Assembly: GCA_963795385.1 (NCBI GenBank)
Contig: CAWCHK010000003.1
Location: 198,717-262,716, forward strand
DNA from: an uncultured Actinomycetota bacterium
Lineage (GTDB): Bacteria > Actinomycetota > Actinomycetes > Actinomycetales > CAVURS01
DNA length: 64,000 nt
Reading direction: 5' to 3'
Position numbers and translations under genes: made by a program. Shown here one piece after another: positions 37,406 through 47,516 of this stretch. Under the pieces are notes generated by a model. The model saw nothing but the letters and a program-made list of their open reading frames with translations, did no database searches and was not told the origin of the DNA. Position 1 is the first letter of the stretch. Every line of letters begins with the position of its first letter.

Positions 37406-38020
37406 GTGCCGGCCGGCCGGCTGACCGGCTGGGTCGGCCGCTACGCGGCAACGCATCCCGGTCTGACCGTGACCGCCGGCTCCGGCGGCCTGGCCCTGCT
37501 CGCCGAGGGTGGGTCGACGGCAGCGCTGCGGCCCCTCGTGCCCTACACCGCCGAGCCCGGCGCGACGGCCGAAGAGCTGGTGGCCGGCCTCGCCGCCCAT
37601 GCATGCCGTCCGATCGCAGTGGGCCTGCTGCTGGTCCGGCGCGGTGGTTTCGCGGTCGGGATCGCTCGGGCTGGCGCCCTGGAGCGGTCCAAGGTCGGCA
37701 GCCGCTACGTCCAGTCCCGGACGGCGGCCGGGGGCTGGTCACAGCAGCGGTTCGCCCGGCGCCGCGAGGGCCAGGCCAAGGAGCTGGTCCGCGCGGCCGC
37801 CGACGCCTGGGCCGAGCTGCCCGACCGCCCACCTGTCAGCGTCCTGGTCACCGGTGGCGATCGCAGCCTCTGCGAGCAGGTGCTCGGGCTGGCGCCGTTG
37901 CGGGCCCTGCGTGAGGTCGGCGTCGCGCGGCACCTCGACGTGACGGACCCGCGGCTGGTGGTGCTGAAGGACGCGGCGGCGCGGACCCAGGCCCTGCTCG
38001 TCACGGTCGTCGAGCCGTGA
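37406..38020 (+). CDS. Actinobacterial Vms1-like release factor (acVLRF1-type peptidyl-tRNA hydrolase family) homologue
   Basis: SRYVQSRTAAGGWSQQRFARRREGQAKEL contains the GGxxQQ-type catalytic loop described for bacterial VLRF1 domains. The start is uncertain: GTG 37406, CTG 37382, or upstream overlapping sufT. Confidence 0.6.
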   Translation: MPAGRLTGWVGRYAATHPGLTVTAGSGGLALLAEGGSTAALRPLVPYTAEPGATAEELVAGLAAHACRPIAVGLLLVRRGGFAVGIARAGALERSKVGSRYVQSRTAAGGWSQQRFARRREGQAKELVRAAADAWAELPDRPPVSVLVTGGDRSLCEQVLGLAPLRALREVGVARHLDVTDPRLVVLKDAAARTQALLVTVVEP

Positions 38021-38044
38021 GCCCGCGCTCCCTATCCTGACCGG

Positions 38045-38848
38045 GTGGAGATCCTGCGCTACGCCGCCTTCAGCCCCGACCCGGCCGGCGGCAACCCGGC
38101 CGGCGTGGTCCTCGATGCCGACTGGTGCCAGCGACGACGAGATGCAGGCGGCGGCCGCCGACATCGGCTTCTCGGAGACGGCCTTCCTGCTCCCGCAGGC
38201 CGGCGGCGGGCACCGGATCCGCTACTTCAGCCCGCTGGCCGAGGTGCCGTTCTGCGGGCACGCCACCATCGCCACCGCCGTCGCGTACGCCGAGCGGCAC
38301 GGCCCGGGCGAGCTGGCCCTGCAGACGGCAGCCGGCCTGGTCGGCCGTCACGAGCCGGGCCACGCCGGGCGGACTCGAGGCCAGCCTGGTCAGCGTGCCG
38401 CCGCGCGGTGAGCGACCTCGACGCCGCGACCCTGGCCGAGCTGCTGCACGCCCTGCGGTGGGAGCTCGCCGACCTCGACCCGGCCCTGCCCGTGCGGGTC
38501 GCCTACGCGGGTGCCTTCCACCCGGTGCTGGCCGCCGTCAGCCGCGAGCGACTGGCCGGCCTCGACTACGACTTCCCGGTACTGCAGGACTTGATGGCGC
38601 GCGAGGGCTGGACGACGGTCGACCTGGTCTGGCGCGAGTCGGCCACGGTCTTCCATGCCCGCAACCCCTTCCCGCCCGGAGGCGTGGTCGAGGACCCGGC
38701 GACCGGCGCCGCGGCGGCGGCGTTCGGCGGCTACCTGCGCTTCCTCGGCCTGGTCGAGCCGCCGGCCACCGTCACGATCCACCAGGGCGACGACCTGGGC
38801 CGCCCGGGCGTGCTGACCGTGGGGATCCCGGGGGTGACGGCGGGATAA
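38045..38848 (+). pseudogene. PhzF-family isomerase-like protein, at least 3 frame changes as assembled
   Basis: MEILRYAAFSPDPAGGNPAGVVLDAD (38045 frame), SDDEMQAAAADIGFSETAFLL...IRYFSPLAEVPFCGHATIA (38115 frame), GGLEASLVSVPP (38125 frame), then NPFPPGGVVEDPATGAAAAAFGGYL back in the 38045 frame. Confidence 0.8.
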
Positions 38849-38876
38849 CCGTTAGCGGCACCGCGGTCGGGTTGGG

Positions 38877-39469
38877 TTGACTCGCCCCGTGCTGCATCCC
38901 GACTACCCGATCCGGACCGAGCGGCTGACCCTGCGCCCGTACCAGCCGGACGACTACGACGCGGCCTACGCCTACTGGTCGCGGCCCGACGTCACCCGCT
39001 ACCTCTACCTCGAGGCGTACACGCCGGAGACCTTCGGCGCGCGGCTGGAGCGAGCTGATGGGCCGGACCGCGCTCGAGAAGGAGGGGGAGGTGCTCACCC
39101 TGGCCATCGTCCCCGACGGGGTGGACCACGTCGTCGGCGACGTGACGCTGTTCTGGCACAGCGAGGTGCACCAAGCTGGTGAGGTCGGCTTCATCCTGCA
39201 CCCGGACCACCAAGGCCACGCCTACGCTCGCGAAGCATCGATCCCGTTGCTGCGCATGGGGTTCGACGAGCATGGGCCTGCACCGGATCGCCGGTCGGCT
39301 GGACGGCCGCAACGCCGCCTCGGCGGCCGTGCTGCGGTCCCTGGGCATGCGGCAGGAGGCCCACCTGGTCGAGAACGAGTGGGTCAAGGGCGAGTGGACC
39401 GACGAGATCGTCTACGCGATGCTCCGCACCGAGTGGCAGGCTCAGCAGGAGACCGGGCCGCCCGGGTAG
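38877..39469 (+). pseudogene. GNAT-family N-acetyltransferase (RimJ/RimL-like), 2 frame changes as assembled
   Basis: IRTERLTLRPYQPDDYDAAYAYWSRPDVTRY (38877 frame), VGDVTLFWHSEVHQAGEVGFILHPDHQGHAYAREA (39058 frame), HRIAGRLDGRNAASAAVLRSLGMRQEAHLVENEW (39179 frame). Confidence 0.8.
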
Positions 39470-39475
39470 GGGGTC

Positions 39476-39508
39476 CCGGCGGGGCAGGTCCGCCGGTGAG
39501 GCCGGACC
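39476..39508. terminator. Hairpins between the convergent GNAT and ecfT genes
   Basis: CCGGCGG (39476-39482)/CCGCCGG (39490-39496) form a 7-bp stem. The alternative pairing is GGTCCG (39487-39492)/CGGACC (39503-39508). Confidence 0.3.
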
Positions 39509-39513
39509 GGGCT

Positions 39514-40144
39514 CAGTCGTCGACCCCCCGGGCGACGAGGGCCTCGCCGAGGTGGTCGGCGTGCCGGACGGTGCGGACGACCAGGGGCACCAGCAACGCC
39601 CGCGGGCTGCGCTCCAGCCCCCGCGCCCGGCGGGCCTCGACCACCTCGTCGCGAAGGCCGGCGATCACCGGCACCGTGCGCACGGTCAGGGCCGCCAGCA
39701 GGCCGACCCGCTCCGGGTCGACCCCGAACCGGCGCAGCGGTCGCAGCAGCCAGGTCGACCGTGTCGAGCAGCGCGCTGACCCGCGTCGTCAGGGTCAGCA
39801 GGGCGGCCGCGGCGACCAGGACGACCAGCGACCCGACGACCGCGAGCGGCGAGCTCGCCAGCCGCTGATCACCAGCTGGGCAGGGCGCCGAGCACGACCA
39901 CCAGCCAGCGCAGCGGCCGCAGCTGGGTCCAGGCCAGCCGCAAGGGGATCCGGGCGACGGCGTACGCCGCGGCGACGGCGACGACTGCCACGACCCAGGC
40001 GCGACGAGCCCCCGCCAGACCAGCAGCGCGACGCTGCCCGCCGCCAGGGTCAGCGAGCTTGGTCCCGGCGGGGCAGCGGTGCACGAGCGACCGGCCGGGG
40101 TGGTAGAACCCGGGCTGGTCCAGGCCCGCGCGCACCCGGCTCAC
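39514..40144 (-). pseudogene. ECF transporter transmembrane (T) component, fragmented as assembled
   Basis: N-terminus VSRVRAGLDQPGFYHPGRSLVHRCPAGTKL is in the ORF 39869 frame. Manual translation of 39514-39760 gives the C-terminus ...LRPLRRFGVDPERVGLLAALTVRTVPVIAGLRDEVVEARRARGLE...RGVDD-stop, the typical EcfT signature region. GTGA overlap with the ATPase stop. Confidence 0.7.
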
Positions 40145-40826
40145 GGCCGGGCCGCCATCAGCGCGCGGTAGGCCTGCAGGCTCTGCGCGCCCGGGCCGTC
40201 GGCGACGACCCGGCCCTCGTCGACGACCAGGACCCGCGGCCAGTGCGCGACGGCCTCCAGGTCGTGGGTGACCAGGACGACGCGCTGCGGCAGCGCCTCG
40301 AGCAGCTCGGAGACGATCCGCGCGTTGCGCAGGTCGAGCAGGGTCGTCGGCTCGTCGCAGACCAGGATCTCGGGCTCGGTGACCAGGACCGCGGCGAGGG
40401 CCAGCAGCTGCTTCTGGCCGCCGGAGAGCAGGTGGGCCGGATGGTCGGCGTGGTCCTGCAGGCCGAACCGGGTGAGCACCTCGGTGACCCGGCCGTCCGC
40501 TCGCTCGGCGCTCATCGACCTGCGCCGCAACGAGAAGGCGACGTCCTCGGCCACGGTGGGCATGACGATCTGGGCGTCCGGGTCGGTGAAGACGAAGCCC
40601 GACCTGCGGCGTACCGCCGCGCCGTCGCGCCGGGTGTCCAGGCCGTCGACGGTGACCGTGCCGGCTCGTCGGGAGGACCAGCCCGTTGAGCAGCCGGGCC
40701 AGGGTCGACTTGCCGGACCCGTTGGCGCCGATCACGGCGATCCGCGGCTCGGTCGAGCTCGAGGTCGATGTCGCGCAGGACCGCCCGGTCGCCGTACCGG
40801 TGCGAGACGCCGTCGAGGCGGATCAC
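40141..40826 (-). pseudogene. ECF transporter ATPase (A) component, at least 2 frame changes as assembled
   Basis: VIRLDGVSHRYGDRAVLRDIDLELD (40512 frame), IGANGSGKSTLARLLNGLV (39869 frame), LLSGGQKQLLALAAVL...ILVCDEPTTLLD...VLVTHDLE (40141 frame). The GTG at 40826 overlaps the thiolase stop (GTGA). Confidence 0.8.
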
Positions 40827-41986
40827 CCGACCCGCTCCCAGACCGTGGCGACGCCCTGGCCGCCGCCGACCGCGCAGGTGGCGACGCCGAGCCGCGGGCC
40901 GTCCTCGCGGACCATCGACGCGAACAGCCGGACGACCAGCAGCGCCCCCGACGCCCCCCAGGGATGGCCGAGCGCGATCGCCCCGCCGTCCGGGCAGACC
41001 TGCGTGCCGCCGCGTCCGAGTGGCCGGGTCGAGGCCCCAGGCGTCGGTGCAGGCGAGCACCTGGGCCGCGAAGGCCTCGGTGATCTCCAGCTGGCCGATC
41101 TCGGCCAGCGCCAGCCCCGCCCGGCGCAGCGCCCGCTCGACCGCCGGGCACCGGCCCGAGCCCGGGCAGCGCCGGGTCGACGCCGGACGACCGCGTCCGC
41201 CGAGCAGGGCCAGGCCGGGCAGCCGTGGGCCGGCCGCGCACCCGCTCGGTGACGACGGCGACCGCGGCCGCGCCGTCGTTGATGCCGCAGGCGTTGCCGG
41301 CCGTGACCGTGCCCGTCGGCGGCGAAGGCCGGCCGGAAGCCGCGAGCCGGGTCTCGGTCAGCGAGGCTCGCGGGCCGGTCGTCCTCGGCTGACCGCCGCC
41401 GACGGCGACGATCTCCTTGGCGAAGGCGCCGCGGTCGCGGGCGGCCACCGCCAGCCGGTGCGAGCGCGCGGCGTACGCGTCCTGCCGCTCTCGGGTGATG
41501 CCCCGGGCGCGCGGCGAGGGCGTCGGCCGCCGGACCCATGTCCGGGTCGGCGTACGGCTCGGGCGCGAACCGGGCCCGCTCCGGCCGCGGCGAGGTGCTG
41601 GCGCTCTCGACGCCGCCGGCCAGCACGAGCGGACTGCCCGCCGAGCCGGACCAGGGCGCCGGCCAGCCGGATCGCCTCCAGCCCGCTGCCGCACTGGCGG
41701 TCGACGGTGACTCCCGGGCACGTCGACACCCAGGCCGGCGCGCAGGGCCGCGATCCGGGCCAGGTCGCCGCCGGGTCCGGTGCAGTTGCCGAGCACGACG
41801 TCGTCGACGTGAGGGCGCGTCAGGGCCGAGGTCGCTCGAGCAGCGCCGCCAGCACGGGCGCGGCCAGGTCCTCGACCGCCACGTCGGCGAAGGCCCGGCC
41901 GATCGTCGCGACCGCCGTACGGCGGGCGGCGACCACGACGGGCGTGTCGGGGTCGACGCGAGGCGGATGGGCGGGGAGGCAGGCAT
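40823..41986 (-). pseudogene. Acetyl-CoA C-acyltransferase (thiolase), many frame changes as assembled
   Basis: Fragments seen are VDPDTPVVVAARRTAVATIGRAF, VLGNCTGPGGDLARIAALRAGL, PGVTVDRQCGSGLEAIRLA (active-site Cys), TVTAGNACGINDGAAAVAVV and CAVGGGQGVATVWERVG-stop. They are spread over three minus-strand frames. Confidence 0.8.
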
Positions 41987-41995
41987 GGCGCGGAT

Positions 41996-43200
41996 CAGCG
42001 TAGGGGCCGCGGCGGTCAGCGCTCCCGTCCGCGACGCCGGCCCGGACGGCGCGCGGTCCGGCTTGCCGGACGGCGTCCGGGGCAGGTCGCCGACCAGCCA
42101 CCAGCGGCGCGGGCGCGACCACTCGGGCAGGCCGGCGCAGGTGGCGTCCAGGTCCGCGCGGGTCAGGTCGGCCGCTGCTGGCCCCGTCGACCGCGACCAC
42201 GGCGACCAGCAGCTCGCCGAGCAGCGGGTGCGGGATCGCCCGTGACGACGACGTCGTCGACCCGGCCGCTGCAGCGCCGGGCTGCCCGGATCACCTGCTC
42301 GACCTCCTCGACCACGACCGTGCGGCCGCCGGTGGTGACGGCGGCGTCGCCGCGCCCGAGCACCGCGCAGCCCGGTCGACGTCGAGCGCGGCCGAGGTCG
42401 CCGACCGTGGCCCAGCCGCCGTCGCGGCGCAGCGGGCCGGCGTCGTCGGGGTCGAGATAGCCCTCGCACAGGTAGGGCGAGCGGGCCCAGATCTCGCCCG
42501 CCGCGCACCTCGACGTCGACCCCCGGAAACCGTTGGTACGCCGCGTGATCGGGCCGCCAGGCCACGAACGACAGCTCGGCCGCGCCGTAGTACTCGACCA
42601 GCCGCCAGCCCAGCCGGCCTCGCCCGCCGGCGCAGTGCCGGCGGCAGCGACGGCGCCGGCGCACGACGGCGACGCCGGACCGCGGCAGCGGCGCCGCTGC
42701 TCGGCGGCCGCGCACGGCGGCGGCGAGCACGCGAGGAGTGGCGTGCAGGGCCGTGACGTCGGCCGGCGGCGGTGCCGCGGCCAGCCCTCGGCGCCGCACG
42801 ACGGCCGGCGCCCGACCGCGGTGGCGTGCCACCCGCCGTACAGGGTCAGGGTCGAGGTCGGGCTGCCGGGCAGCCAGACCACGTCGTCCGGGCCGATGCC
42901 GGTGAGCTCGGTCAGCGGCGCGACGCTGGCCTGCCAGCTGGCGACGGTGCGGACCACGCCCCGCGGGCGGCCGGAGGAGCCCGAGGTGAACAGCACCAGG
43001 CCGTCGCCCGACGGCCGGTCCGCGACCGCGAGGCGCAGACCCGGCCGGCGGCGCTCGCAGGGGCTCGGGCCAGGCCGGGTCGAGCACGGCGACCGGACGG
43101 GCGCCGGCTGGGCGCGCCGACCCAGAGGTCGGCGGTGAGCCGCGGCGGCGTCGCCACCGGCCGAGCAGGAGCCGGGGCCTAGCGACGCTGCGGCCTCGAC
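41996..43200 (-). pseudogene. Short AMP-dependent synthetase/ligase (MenE/FadD-like), several frame changes as assembled; ends approximate
   Basis: LVLFTSGSSGRPRGVVRT (AMP-binding motif), LVEYYGAAELSF, GWATVGDLG, and C-terminal WWLVGDLPRTPSGKPDR. These lie in different frames of ORFs 42163-43350 and 40823-43243. Confidence 0.6.
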
Positions 43201-43781
43201 CAGCTCGGGCTCCTGGCACGAGCGTGGGGTAGCCGCGGTGCACGCCGGCGGCGACGATCGTGGCGACGATCGCCTTGCTGAAGTCGCCGGGCAGGAAGAT
43301 CGCCGCGCCGGTCCAGAGCGCCTTGTCCAGGTGCAGGCCGGTGCTGCCACATGAGCACGGGTACGCCGATCAGCGTAGACGACGGCGATGCCGCCGACGA
43401 CGTTGGCCGCGAAGACCCCACCAGACCGGGTAGCGCGGCCACATCCGCTCGACCAGCCAGCCGGTGATGGCTGCGCCGAAGAAGAAGCCGATCAGGTAGC
43501 CGCGCGCTCGGGCCCTGGAAGACACCGAGGCCGCCGCGCCCGCCGCTCAGCAGCGGGAGCCCGGCAGGCCACCAGCAGCAGGAAGAGGGCGACCGACAGC
43601 GCGCCCGCGCCGCCAGCCCAGCAGCGAGCCGGCGAGCATCACGCCGAGGGTCTGCAGGGTGACGGGCACGCGTGCTGCCGAACACGTAGAGGCCGGGCGC
43701 CAGGCCGAGGGCGGCGATCAGCGCGGCGAACGACGCGACCAGCGCGAGGTCGCGGGCCGACAGGCGGCGGGTGCGGGTCAT
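43179..43781 (-). pseudogene. bioY: BioY-family ECF substrate-binding (S) component, several frame changes as assembled; 3' end approximate
   Basis: LSARDLALVASFAALIAALGLAPGLYVFGS is in the ORF frame. Manual translation of the other frames gives VPVTLQTLGVMLAGSLLG, GYLIGFFFGAAITGWLV and AIFLPGDFSKAIVATIVAAGVHRGYP. Confidence 0.65.
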
Positions 43782-43791
43782 GGTGTCGTCC

Positions 43792-43830
43792 TGCGGCGGT
43801 CGACGGGTGGCGGTCGAGGGTGGCGGTCGG
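43792..43830. repeat. 13-bp tandem repeat, three copies, immediately upstream of the bioY start
   Basis: tgcggcggtcgac (43792-43804), gggtggcggtcga (43805-43817), gggtggcggtcgg (43818-43830). They lie in the 56-nt gap between the peptidase stop (43838) and the bioY ATG (43781). Confidence 0.8.
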
Positions 43831-43837
43831 CCGTTGG

Positions 43838-44755
43838 TTAGAGCGAGGACTGGCGGAGAACGTGTCGCAGTTCTTCAGGTCGCCGCTCTGGTAGCCGGTG
43901 GTGAACCAGCGCTGTCGCTCGGCCGAGGAGCCGTGGGTCCAGGTGTCCTGGTTGATCCGGCCGCTCGACTGCTTCTGGATGCGGTCGTCGCCGACCGAGG
44001 CCGCGGCCGACAGCGCCGAGCGGATGTCCGATGCCGTCAGCGGCTTGAGGAAGGTCGTGCCGTTGCCGGACGCCGTCGTCGACGCGTGGTTGGCCCAGAC
44101 CCCGGCCAGGCAGTCGGCCATCAGCTCGGTGCGGACCGAGCCGCTGGTCGCGCCCTGGGGGTCCTGCTGCGCGCGGTCGAGCAGGCCGAGGATGTCCTGG
44201 ACGTGATGGCCGTACTCGTGGGCGACGACGTACTCCTGGGCCAGGGCCCCGCTGTCCGCGCCGAACCGGCTGGTCAGCTCGTCGAAGAAGGACGGGTCGA
44301 TGTAGACCCGCTTGTCGAGGGGGCAGTAGAACGGCCCGACGTCGTTGGACGCCGTACCGCAGGCCGACTGCTCCTGGCCCGAGTAGATGACGATCGTCGC
44401 GTTCGTGTAGCGCTTGCCGACCGCCGGCAGGGCGGCGGCCCAGTAGGCCTGGACGCTGTTGGCGGTGCCGACGATCCGGCACTGGGACGTACCTGTTCGC
44501 GTCGGCGCCGGTCTGGCAGACGCTGAGGTCGGGACCGCTGCCGCCGACCGAGGTGCCCGAGCCGCCCTGGATCCCCGGCGAGCCCGAGCTGGCGCCGCCG
44601 CCGAGCGCGCTCTGGATGACGTAGAAGACGACCAGCAGCACGAGGCCGCCGACGCCTCCGCCGAGAGGGATCATCCCGCCGGACAACCGCCCGCCGCCAC
44701 CCCCGCCCGACTGGGCCTGGCTGGTGTCCAGCGAGGCGCCCTCGTTGAAACTCAC
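43838..44755 (-). pseudogene. YpfJ-type neutral zinc metallopeptidase, frame changes as assembled
   Basis: N-terminus with a Gly-rich region and a TM segment (GGVGGLVLLVVFYVI) is in the 43838 frame. The C-terminus DCLAGVWANHA...SVGDDRIQKQSSGRINQDTWTHGSSAERQRWFTTGYQSGDLKNCDTF is in the 43639 frame. Confidence 0.75.
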
Positions 44756-44870
44756 GCTGCGTAGACTAGAGCCTGTGACCCCGACGACGGACTAGCGAAG
44801 GAGCGGCCGCGCTCCCCGTGAGCAGGCGCCCTCGTCCCCAGTCCTCGTCCTCCGAAAGGTCCTTCCACCC

Positions 44871-46469
<1,599 letters not shown>

Positions 46470-46554
46470 CCCCCCGCTCCGTGCTCCCATCCGGCCGCCG
46501 TACTCCACAACGGCCGGCGATGGTGCCCGGAATGTCCACTTCCCACCGGCCGCG

Positions 46555-47385
46555 ATGGAGCACGGGCGCGTGGGCCGGTCTACCCTCGCGGCTGTGATCG
46601 ACCCCGAGGTCCTGGCCGCCGGCCGTGTGCGGATCGAGCCGGACGGCCCCGTCCTGACCGTCGTCCTGGACCGGCCCGAGGCGCTCAACGCGCAGACCCC
46701 CGCCACCTGGCAGGCCCTGGCCGCGGTCGGCGCCGGGTTGCCACCGGAGGTCCGCGTCGTCGTCCTGCGTGCGGCCGGGCCGTCGTTCTCGGCCGGCCTG
46801 GACCGCGCCATGCTGACCCCCGAGGGCCTGCCCGGCGAGCCGTCGCTGCTGACGGAGCTCACCGCCCTGCCGGACCCCGAGCTGGAGACCGCGATCGAAG
46901 GCTTCCAGGCGGCCTTCACCTGGTGGTCGACGGTCCCGGCGGTCACCGTCGCGGCGGTGAGGGGCAATGCCATCGGCGCGGGCTTCCAGCTCGCGCTCGC
47001 CTGCGACCTGCGGGTGCTCTCCGACGACGCGCGCTTCGCGATGCGGGAGACGTCGCTCGGCCTGGTGCCGGACCTGGCTGGTACGGCGCCTCTCGTCGAG
47101 GCCGTGGGCTATGCCCGGGCGCTGGAGATCTGCGCGACCGGTCGGTGGGTCGCAGCCGCGGAGGCCGCAGCCATCGGCCTGGCCACTGCCGTCGTACCCG
47201 CCGCGGACCTGGACGCCACCGTCGACGACCTCGTCGCGGCCCTGCTCGCGGCGCCCGCCGGGTCGTTGCGGGAGACGCTGCTGCTCCTGCGCGGGTCCGT
47301 CGCGCGTACGCCGGGGGAGCAGCGCGCCGCCGAGCGAGCGGCACAGGCCCGCCGGTTGCGGGCGCTCTCGAACGGCGAGCCGTAG
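46555..47385 (+). CDS. Enoyl-CoA hydratase/isomerase family protein
   Basis: VVLDRPEALNAQT, AAGPSFSAGLD, AVRGNAIGAGFQLALACDLRV. The start is ATG 46555 or GTG 46594. Confidence 0.8.
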   Translation: MEHGRVGRSTLAAVIDPEVLAAGRVRIEPDGPVLTVVLDRPEALNAQTPATWQALAAVGAGLPPEVRVVVLRAAGPSFSAGLDRAMLTPEGLPGEPSLLTELTALPDPELETAIEGFQAAFTWWSTVPAVTVAAVRGNAIGAGFQLALACDLRVLSDDARFAMRETSLGLVPDLAGTAPLVEAVGYARALEICATGRWVAAAEAAAIGLATAVVPAADLDATVDDLVAALLAAPAGSLRETLLLLRGSVARTPGEQRAAERAAQARRLRALSNGEP

Positions 47386-47516
47386 CGTCCTGGCCGGCGC
47401 AGGCTCCGTCGCCACGGCGGAATGGCCCGCGTTGTCAGAGGCGTTAGCGACACTGACCGAGGGCGTCGTCGTCGCGCAGCCGTCGCGGAGGAGCCCCGGA
47501 GAGGAATGGCGGTGGG

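Noticed and set aside
40823-43243. An 806-aa minus-strand ORF that might be a large novel protein.
   Set aside because: It is a chimera. Its C-terminus is the thiolase end (CAVGGGQGVATVWERVG), its middle holds ligase fragments (WWLVGDLPRTPSGKPDR) and its N-terminus is the BioY end (VHRGYPTLVP). The rest is Arg/Pro/Gly-rich out-of-frame translation created by indels.
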